Shown: positions 57,331-64,000 of the stretch, piece after piece
Layout of the letters: every line of letters begins with the position of its first letter
How positions within the stretch are numbered: position 1 is the first letter of the stretch
Origin: Planctomycetales bacterium
GTDB lineage: Bacteria > 4484-113
DNA length: 64,000 nucleotides
Direction of reading: 5' to 3'
Assembly: GCA_030606285.1 (NCBI GenBank)
Contig: JAUWGS010000001.1
Coordinates: 246,572-310,571 of the forward strand
Program-made: the position numbers and the translations under genes
Notes under the pieces: generated by a model
Seen by the model: the letters and a program-made list of their open reading frames with translations, nothing else
Told to the model about the DNA's origin: nothing
Databases searched by the model: none

Positions 57331-57978
57331 ATGGTGCGTGTCAAAGTAATGAAGGCGGTCAGCACAAAAAACGACGAAGTCGCTGCAGGCATTCGCGCAG
57401 AACTCGCCGACCAGGGTATTAAAGCGCTCAATATAATCTCCAGCCCCGGCAGTGGCAAGACCACGCTTCTTGAGCGCACCATAGCCCATTTCGCGCCCGA
57501 CATCCGCTCCGCTGTTATTGTCGGCGATCCGTTTACCGCAAACGACGCCGAACGCCTGGAATCCGCCGGTGGAGAGGCGTTTCAGCTAAACACCGAAGGC
57601 TCCTGCCATCTCACCGCGCCGATGATACGCGCCGCCCTTGACGAAATGGATATTTCAGGCGTGAGGCTGCTTTTCATCGAAAACATCGGCAATCTCATCT
57701 GCCCGACGGCCTGGGACCTCGGCGAGTCCGCTCGCGTGACGCTCCTTTCGGTCACCGAAGGAACGGACAAGGTGGACAAGTACCGCCGCGCGTTCCTCAT
57801 CGCCCACTGTGTGGTTATCACCAAGGTTGACCTTGCGCCTTCCTGCGACTTCGACCTGGAAAAAGCCAGCGCCGACATCCGGACACTGAATTCCCGCGCA
57901 AACGTTCTGCCCCTCAGCGCCAAAACCGGCGACGGCCTGGATGCTTGGTACGACTGGGTTCGCGAGCGCTTACTCTAG
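57331..57978 (+). CDS. hypB: hydrogenase nickel-incorporation GTPase
   Basis: SSPGSGKTTLLE, GSCHL, IENIGNLICP, SVTEG.DK, TKVDL, SAKTG. Confidence 0.9.
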   Translation: MVRVKVMKAVSTKNDEVAAGIRAELADQGIKALNIISSPGSGKTTLLERTIAHFAPDIRSAVIVGDPFTANDAERLESAGGEAFQLNTEGSCHLTAPMIRAALDEMDISGVRLLFIENIGNLICPTAWDLGESARVTLLSVTEGTDKVDKYRRAFLIAHCVVITKVDLAPSCDFDLEKASADIRTLNSRANVLPLSAKTGDGLDAWYDWVRERLL

Positions 57979-58614
57979 CTATTCTCTCAGCGCTCTCGCC
58001 GCCCCGACTTCCAGCGCCTGCATCAATTCTCCAGAAGTTAGCTCCACTCCTTCCTGCGCAAGCGAAGTGACAAACTCCCGATGGGGAATCCCCGATCGGT
58101 TCGGCGGTATCCGCAAGAATCGCTCCAGTGCTGTGTAGTCTACGGTAAGCAGAATCGCTCCATGAAATAGCACGCCGCGCTGCGTAAGTCTTGCGGCATT
58201 GCCACAAATTTTGCGCCCATTCAGATTAATATCCGAAAGCCACGCGGCTTCCAGATGCAGTCCTATCGGCGCAAGCGCATCAATCACCACCCGTCGGAAG
58301 AAATCCATCGGTTTGGCTCCGCCACGCAGTCGCTCAAATAACTCCCGCGCCGTCACAAATGAATAGTTCAGCGTTCCCGCATCGTGATACACCGCGCCAC
58401 CGCCGGTAACGCGTCTGAGCAGCGGAACCCCCGCTTCGCGAATGGCGTCCGCGAACACCCATTCTTCTTGGCGGTTATTGCGCCCCAGGATTACGCACGG
58501 TCGGTTGAAGTAGAACAGAAGCTGCGGTTCGTCACCAACGTCCTTCAGCAACCTAACCTCCTCCGCCAGGTGTTCTGCGGGATCGTCGCCGGGGAGCGTT
58601 CGCGCCTGTAGCAT
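57979..58614 (-). CDS. lipoate-protein ligase A family protein (catalytic domain only)
   Basis: VILGRN, RRVTGGGAVYHD, GRKICGNA, HGAIL. Confidence 0.88.
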   Translation of the reverse strand: MLQARTLPGDDPAEHLAEEVRLLKDVGDEPQLLFYFNRPCVILGRNNRQEEWVFADAIREAGVPLLRRVTGGGAVYHDAGTLNYSFVTARELFERLRGGAKPMDFFRRVVIDALAPIGLHLEAAWLSDINLNGRKICGNAARLTQRGVLFHGAILLTVDYTALERFLRIPPNRSGIPHREFVTSLAQEGVELTSGELMQALEVGAARALRE

Positions 58615-58617
58615 AGG

Positions 58618-60306
58618 CTAATCCGTCAGAAGGTACGTCGGATCCGGCGAAATGGACAGCCGGGCGCCGAGCAGCCGGCTCAGCGTCGCGCGTCCGCCCG
58701 GCACCAGTGTGACGATTCTCGTTTTCCGCAGTGTGCGCGGCAAGCCCACATTCATTGCTTCCGTCGCCGTGAGCACAAACATCGTCGCATCCCCGCCGGT
58801 GAACCGTGCCAGCGTACAGCCATCTGACAGCCAGCGTCCAGCGACATCGACGCCTGGATCGTACACCCGGTCGCAGGTCAACTGGCGGAATCGCAGGAAC
58901 ATCTGCGCTGCGTTTTCCAGATTCTCCCGCGCGCTGGGCGTTGAGAAATCGCGCGCGCTGACCAGCACGAATATAGCCTCTTTCTTCTGCTCGTACAGCG
59001 CCAGCAGGTCGCCCACGCCGTCCCGCGCCAGGTCGAATACCGCCGTCGGGTCAAACTCCCCAAGCTCCACCAGCCGCGCGGGTACTCCGAAGTCCCCCAC
59101 TTCCGATAGCGGCTCGTCCGCCGGCTGAATGAGCAGCATTTCCGTTACCCCGCCCTGCTTCGCCAGTTCGCTCAGCAGAGTTATGTCCATTCCTGGCAGC
59201 TCTTCCGTGCTCGTGAGCAGGTAAAATGCCGGCTGTGGATAGTAGCTTTCTGCGAACTCGCGCCGGTTCAGCAGGAAATCTTCGCGGTACAGCGGCTCGA
59301 TGCGCGCCGGAAGCTCGTCGCGCCAGGCGAGTTCCACCTTCGCGGGAGGCACCACCGGCGCTCGCACTGTTGCACCTCTAAACAGCGAGTACAACGCGGC
59401 AAGATTCGCCACGTTTGTATACACGCGCAGAGCCTGCTCCGGCTGTATGACTTCCGCAAGCTCCCCCACCCCATTGCCAAGTTCAATCAGCTCGCCCCGC
59501 GCAACCATCGCTGGTATTACCGGTTCCGCAGCCGGTGGAAGCTCCGGCGCAGGAATCGGCTCGGTTACAGCTTCCAGTTGCGCAACCGCCGCCGCAATTT
59601 CGCGTCCCAGCACAGAGGAGAACCACTCCTCCAGGCTGACGAACCGGTAGCCCTTCGCGCGCAGCTGCGACACAATCTCCGGCAGCGCTTCCGCGGTCTG
59701 TATATGGTTGGAGTGCAGCAGCACCACACTCCCCGGTCGAACTTGCGCCATCACTCGTTGCACTGTCACGTCCGCCCCCGGCTCCGTCCAATCGAGCGCG
59801 TCTACCGTCCACAGCACCGTCGTCATTCCCTGCCGCCACGCCTCGTCCACTACTTGCGAATTAAACGAACCGTACGGCGGACGGAAGAAGCGCGGGCGCT
59901 TGCCCGTAATATCTCCAATCAGCCGGCTGCACTCGTCGACCTCACTCTTCATCTTCTCCATTGGCAGCTTGCGCAGGTCGGGATGCGTCATCGAATGATT
60001 GCCCAGCTCAAATCCCAGCCCCGCAAGCTCACGCACCACGTCCGGCCTTTTCGCCACGCGCGAGCCAATAAGGAAAAACGTCGCTGGTATGCCTTGCCGC
60101 GCAAGATACTGCGCGATGGCGACCGTTACATCGTCCGGCCCGTCGTCAAACGTCAGCGTGATGACGCCCGGCACAGTCCCGTGTGGACGCTCGCTGATGC
60201 CGGGCAGGAGATACTTGTAGTTGGCAGTGGCGCTTGCCGGCTGCGCTGAAACGAGCATTATCGCCACCGCAAGTAGCATCCAGAAAACGCCGCCCGGCTT
60301 TCGCAC
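58618..60306 (-). CDS. polysaccharide deacetylase (NodB/CE4) with unknown C-terminal extension
   Basis: Signal peptide, TFDDGP, NHSMTH, FRPPYG, DALDW, LLH. Confidence 0.88.
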   Translation of the reverse strand: MRKPGGVFWMLLAVAIMLVSAQPASATANYKYLLPGISERPHGTVPGVITLTFDDGPDDVTVAIAQYLARQGIPATFFLIGSRVAKRPDVVRELAGLGFELGNHSMTHPDLRKLPMEKMKSEVDECSRLIGDITGKRPRFFRPPYGSFNSQVVDEAWRQGMTTVLWTVDALDWTEPGADVTVQRVMAQVRPGSVVLLHSNHIQTAEALPEIVSQLRAKGYRFVSLEEWFSSVLGREIAAAVAQLEAVTEPIPAPELPPAAEPVIPAMVARGELIELGNGVGELAEVIQPEQALRVYTNVANLAALYSLFRGATVRAPVVPPAKVELAWRDELPARIEPLYREDFLLNRREFAESYYPQPAFYLLTSTEELPGMDITLLSELAKQGGVTEMLLIQPADEPLSEVGDFGVPARLVELGEFDPTAVFDLARDGVGDLLALYEQKKEAIFVLVSARDFSTPSARENLENAAQMFLRFRQLTCDRVYDPGVDVAGRWLSDGCTLARFTGGDATMFVLTATEAMNVGLPRTLRKTRIVTLVPGGRATLSRLLGARLSISPDPTYLLTD

Positions 60307-60371
60307 GCCTCGATTATACCAGCGCTGGAGCTTGCCACCGCGCCGCTACCCGCTATAATATGCGGGCTCTA

Positions 60372-61385
60372 ATGAAAGCTCTCACGCGCCTGTTGTGTCT
60401 CGCACTTGTTCTGCTAGCGGTCGCAATTACATTCCCCGCAGGCCCGCGCGCATTTACCTGGAACCAGGAGGAGCTGACTCCCGAGGAGATTTACGCGCGC
60501 TTCGGCGATGAAGACGACGAGATACCGCTACGCGACGCCCTGCGCCAGCTGCTTTACCTGGTCAACGAGGCGCGCGACGACTACAACCTGGAACCGCTGG
60601 AATGGGATCACATCGCCTCCTACGCCGCCGAGGAGCAGGCACGTGAAATGGCCGACTGCGGCTACCTGTCGCACCTCAACCTGGACGGTGAGAAGCCCAA
60701 TTTGCGCTACAACCGGCACGGCGGCACCCATCAGGTCACGGAGAATCTGTCGTACTGGGAAAGTGACATCCGCCTCTACCTGACATCGCAGGTGGTCGAG
60801 GACATTCACCGGCGCTGGATGGAAAGTCCCTCGCACTGCCGCAACATCCTCACACCCACCCACACCGGTGCGGGAATGGCGATAGTCATCGTCTGGGACG
60901 GCGACAGAACGGTGCTGACAGCGGCGCAGGAGTTCGTGGACGCCTACGGCGAGTTCGACCGCCTGCCGGAACGCGCCGACTCCGACGACGACCTTTATTT
61001 AAGTGGCGACTTCAGCGACCGCCACACCAGCCTCGCCTACATCACCATCGGCTCCGAGGATTTCCCGGAGCGCCAGCGCCCCGAAGACCTCAACGCTAAC
61101 CTGAACGGCTACTCGCTGCCTGAGCCTTTCGTCGCGATTCTGCCCATCGACGACCGCCACACCAGGCGGGTCAAGGGCCTGCCGACTGTGTATCTGTTGA
61201 CAGACGAGCCTTCGCGCAATCGCTTTAAAGGCCGTTTTTCGCTCAAAGACGTGTTCTACGGGCTTGAGCAGGCGTCGCGCGCCGACCGCTTCACGCCCGG
61301 CCTGTACTACTTCATGGTCTGGGCTGACCGCGAAGGCGAACCTCCCTTCCTCGTCTCCACCCAGGTCGTCCGGGTCGAGGACTAG
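60372..61385 (+). CDS. CAP/SCP-domain secreted protein
   Basis: LVNEAR, A.EMA..YLSH, ENL, WMESPSHCRNIL. Confidence 0.85.
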   Translation: MKALTRLLCLALVLLAVAITFPAGPRAFTWNQEELTPEEIYARFGDEDDEIPLRDALRQLLYLVNEARDDYNLEPLEWDHIASYAAEEQAREMADCGYLSHLNLDGEKPNLRYNRHGGTHQVTENLSYWESDIRLYLTSQVVEDIHRRWMESPSHCRNILTPTHTGAGMAIVIVWDGDRTVLTAAQEFVDAYGEFDRLPERADSDDDLYLSGDFSDRHTSLAYITIGSEDFPERQRPEDLNANLNGYSLPEPFVAILPIDDRHTRRVKGLPTVYLLTDEPSRNRFKGRFSLKDVFYGLEQASRADRFTPGLYYFMVWADREGEPPFLVSTQVVRVED

Positions 61386-61450
61386 GCTTCGCATCTTCTT
61401 TCTGCAGGGTGGTCATTTATGGCCGCCGTCCTAAGACATCTGAGGAATCC

Positions 61451-61556
61451 CGGCGGGGGATAAAGCCCCTCCCTACAGCGCTCCCCCAGTTGGCGACTGA
61501 CGCCTGCCCGCCATAGCCTTGCCCGTCCTCCGCAGAGGTCCTGCTTCGGAGGATGG
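61451..61556. repeat. cluster of intergenic REP-like palindromes
   Basis: Minus-strand GTAGGGAGGGGCTTTATCCCCCGCCG (61451-61476); hairpin CCGTCCTCCG..CGGAGGATGG (61523-61556). Confidence 0.7.
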
Positions 61557-61614
61557 AGCGTAGGTTTACCAGCCTGTGGCTGGCGGGACTGATCGCTGAC
61601 AACTGCCCTCTGCC

Positions 61615-63213
61615 CTACCCCCCATCTTTCATCGCGGCCACAAATCCCGAAAACAGCGGATGCGGCTTCAGCGGGCGGCTCTTGAACTCGGGGTGGAACT
61701 GCACCGCCACGAAGTACGGATGGTCGCGGTACTCGATGCTCTCAACCAGCATGCCGTCCGGCGAAAGCCCGCTGAAAACCATCCCGTGCTTGGATAGCGC
61801 CTCGTGGTACTTCGGGTTGACCTCGTAACGGTGGCGATGGCGTTCGCTGATTCTTCGCTTATCGTAGAGCCTGCGGGCGATAGTCCTTGTCTGCACATTG
61901 CAGGGGTACTTCCCCAGCCGCATCGTCCCACCCTTTTCGATGATGCCGCGCTGCTGGGGCATGAAGTCTATGACCGGATGCGGCGTCTCCTCGTCAAACT
62001 CGGTGGAATTCGCGCCGCTCAGCCCGCAGACGTTGCGCGCAAACTCGATGACTGCGACCTGCAATCCCACGCATAGCCCCAGGTACGGCATGTTCTTTTC
62101 TCGCGCAAACCGCGACGCGAGCATCTTCCCCTCCATCCCACGATACCCGAAGCCGTAGGGTACGAGGATGCCGTCCACGCCCGAAAGCTGGCGCACGTAG
62201 TTGTCTTCCGTCAGGCGCTCCGCGTCCACCCAGACGATTTCCGGGCGCACGCTGTGCTGCACCGAGGCGTGCGTAAGCGACTCCAGGATGGAAATATAAG
62301 CGTCTTTGAGCCGGATGTACTTGCCAACGATGGCGACCTTCAGCGGGTGTTCGCGCTCCTTCTCGCGCTTGATGAACCTCTTCCACTCGGCGAGTTTGGG
62401 CGCCGCCTTCTTCAGGCCCAGCCGCTTGGCGACGAGCTGCGTAATCTTCTGCGCGTTGAGCATAATCGGCACTTCGTAGATGTTGTCCACGTCCAGCCCC
62501 TCGATAACGCACTCGCCGGGCACGTCGCAGAACAGGCTTATCTTCGCGCGCATCTCCTCGGTGATGGGAATGTGCGTGCGCGTCAGTATCAGATCGGGCT
62601 GGATGCCGATGGAGCGCAGCTCCTTCACCGAGTGCTGCGTGAGTTTCGTCTTCAGCTCGCCGCCGGGGTGCAAATACGGCACCAGCGTCACGTGGATATT
62701 CACCGCGTTGCCGCGCCCAACGTCGTTTCGGTACTGGCGGATGGATTCCAGGTACGGCAGGCCCTCGATATCGCCGACGGTGCCGCCCACTTCCACCATC
62801 ACCACTTCCGCCCGGCTCTTGCGCGCCGCCAGCGTGATCCTGCGCTTGATCTCGTCGGTAATATGCGGAATCACCTGCACGCACTTGCCGAGATAATCGC
62901 CCCGCCGCTCCTTGTCGATCACCGCCTGATAGACCTGGCCGGTCGTGAGGGTGTTGAAGAGCGACAGGCTCTCGTCCAGGAAGCGCTCGTAGTGCCCCAG
63001 GTCCAGGTCGGTCTCCGCGCCGTCGTCGGTAACGAATACCTCGCCGTGCTGGATGGGATTCATCGTGCCGGCATCCACGTTCAGGTAGGGGTCGATTTTG
63101 AGCGCCGTGACCTTATAGCCCGCGCTCTTGAGCAGCAGGCCGAGCGATGCGGAGAGTATCCCCTTGCCGATTGAGCTTACGTTCCCCCCGGTTACGAAGA
63201 CGAACTTGGTCAT
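61615..63213 (-). CDS. pyrG: CTP synthase
   Basis: TKFVFVTGG..GKG, DPYLNVDAGTM, QHGEVFV, GLCVG, ERHRHRYE, QFHPEF. Confidence 0.98.
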   Translation of the reverse strand: MTKFVFVTGGNVSSIGKGILSASLGLLLKSAGYKVTALKIDPYLNVDAGTMNPIQHGEVFVTDDGAETDLDLGHYERFLDESLSLFNTLTTGQVYQAVIDKERRGDYLGKCVQVIPHITDEIKRRITLAARKSRAEVVMVEVGGTVGDIEGLPYLESIRQYRNDVGRGNAVNIHVTLVPYLHPGGELKTKLTQHSVKELRSIGIQPDLILTRTHIPITEEMRAKISLFCDVPGECVIEGLDVDNIYEVPIMLNAQKITQLVAKRLGLKKAAPKLAEWKRFIKREKEREHPLKVAIVGKYIRLKDAYISILESLTHASVQHSVRPEIVWVDAERLTEDNYVRQLSGVDGILVPYGFGYRGMEGKMLASRFAREKNMPYLGLCVGLQVAVIEFARNVCGLSGANSTEFDEETPHPVIDFMPQQRGIIEKGGTMRLGKYPCNVQTRTIARRLYDKRRISERHRHRYEVNPKYHEALSKHGMVFSGLSPDGMLVESIEYRDHPYFVAVQFHPEFKSRPLKPHPLFSGFVAAMKDGG

Positions 63214-63343
63214 CTATTCTCCAAGGCTAGAGTTGTCGTCCCATTCTACACGAGCGCAGGCGCGAAGTCACTAGGATTCCTGGGTGTTTTGAAGTTAAAT
63301 CCCCTCTTTGCCCGCCTATGGAGGGCTAACCAGCGCCGCTCTT

Positions 63344-63400
63344 GTAGGGGCAATTCACGAATTGCCCTTCCCCTCCGAGTGCGCCGGGCTTTAGCCCGGC
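63344..63400 (+). repeat. two GTAG-type REP-like palindromes
   Basis: GTAGGGGCAATTCACGAATTGCCCT (63344-63368); GCCGGGCTTTAGCCCGGC (63383-63400). Confidence 0.7.
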
Positions 63401-63484
63401 TTCTCGTCCGGCTGACCCCTGACCGCTGTTTGCCCGCCAGGACTCGTTGGCTCAACGATGCAAGACATGAGTCTCGTTGGCCGA

Positions 63485-64000
63485 CTAGTGGTAGATGGCG
63501 AACTTCAGGTCGCCGTTGGTCCAATCGTAGTAGCTGATGGCCGGGTTTCCGTTCACCACCTGCAGGAACGTGTGTGAGCCCACAGAGCCTTCGCTGTCGA
63601 GGGTAAGAGGCGAGCCCCAGGTGTCTCCATCGGCATCGCTCGCCCGTGCGTACTTCAGGTCTTCGTTGGTTATGTCGTAGTAGCTGATTGCTGGATTCCC
63701 CTTCACTACTTGCAGCGAGGTGTACAAGCCCACATCTCCTTCGCTATCCACGACGACCGGCACGCCCCAGATTTCTCCGCCGGCGTCGCTCGCTCGCACG
63801 TACTTCAGGTCGTAGTTGGTCGCGTCACAGTAGCTGATGGCCGGATACCCGTTGACTACCTGCAAAGAGGTGTCGGAGCCCACAGAGCCCTCGCTGTCAA
63901 CTACAACCGGCGTGCCCCAGTTATCTCCGTTGGCGTCAGTCGCCCGCGCATACTTCAGGTCCCAATCGACGTAGAGGAGGTAGCTGATAGCCGGATACCC
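63485..64000 (-). CDS. C-terminal part of a 50-aa-repeat beta-propeller surface protein (partial)
   Basis: 150-nt period (TAGCTGAT at 63531, 63681, 63831, 63981); GxPAISYYD..DLKY.RA.DA.G..WG.P..DS.G.VG; open to the window edge. Confidence 0.82.
   Translation of the reverse strand, partial: GYPAISYLLYVDWDLKYARATDANGDNWGTPVVVDSEGSVGSDTSLQVVNGYPAISYCDATNYDLKYVRASDAGGEIWGVPVVVDSEGDVGLYTSLQVVKGNPAISYYDITNEDLKYARASDADGDTWGSPLTLDSEGSVGSHTFLQVVNGNPAISYYDWTNGDLKFAIYH

Noticed and set aside
57979-58614. Lipoate-dependent sHdr sulfur-oxidation system
   Set aside because: No LbpA/GcvH-like carrier in the window, and the Hdr genes are Mvh-linked and ~10 kb away.
63214-63260. pyrG reiterative-transcription attenuator
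   Set aside because: The leader is short, with no GGGC start at the expected position and no terminator hairpin.
63485-64000. Non-coding tandem repeat or CRISPR
   Set aside because: The 150-nt period is an in-frame protein repeat with synonymous variation.

Overview
A 64 kb, mostly GC-rich chromosomal window from an anaerobic bacterium, probably of a poorly cultured lineage; taxonomy cannot be fixed from sequence alone. Housekeeping and central-metabolism genes include carB, trpS, an ornithine cyclodeaminase-family enzyme, a PLP aminotransferase, NeuB, a four-subunit 2-oxoacid:ferredoxin oxidoreductase, aconitase, rodA, a cysteine desulfurase, a 6S RNA and pyrG. The main highlight is a MerR-hdrC-hdrB-hdrA'-nuoE-nuoF-[nuoG'::'hdrA]-mvhD-mvhG-mvhA-protease cluster. 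In it HdrA is split inside its inserted ferredoxin domain and a HydBC/NuoEFG'-type module sits in the break, which predicts an H2-linked complex with two flavin modules and possibly NADP(H) specificity. Other notable features: an orphan GlmL/MutL-like ATPase operon with no B12 mutase; an AT-richer putative defence island (PD-(D/E)XK nuclease, small protein, membrane TIR, TGA-interrupted gene); a RAYT transposase with co-varying REPs between trpS and carB; a TrpRS with a ~70-aa insertion; two duplications of a promoter plus first codons; three tandem HtrA-like proteases, two with Glu at the catalytic Asp position; and a cohesin/dockerin-like surface lipoprotein. All family calls come from motif recognition by eye; no searches were run.
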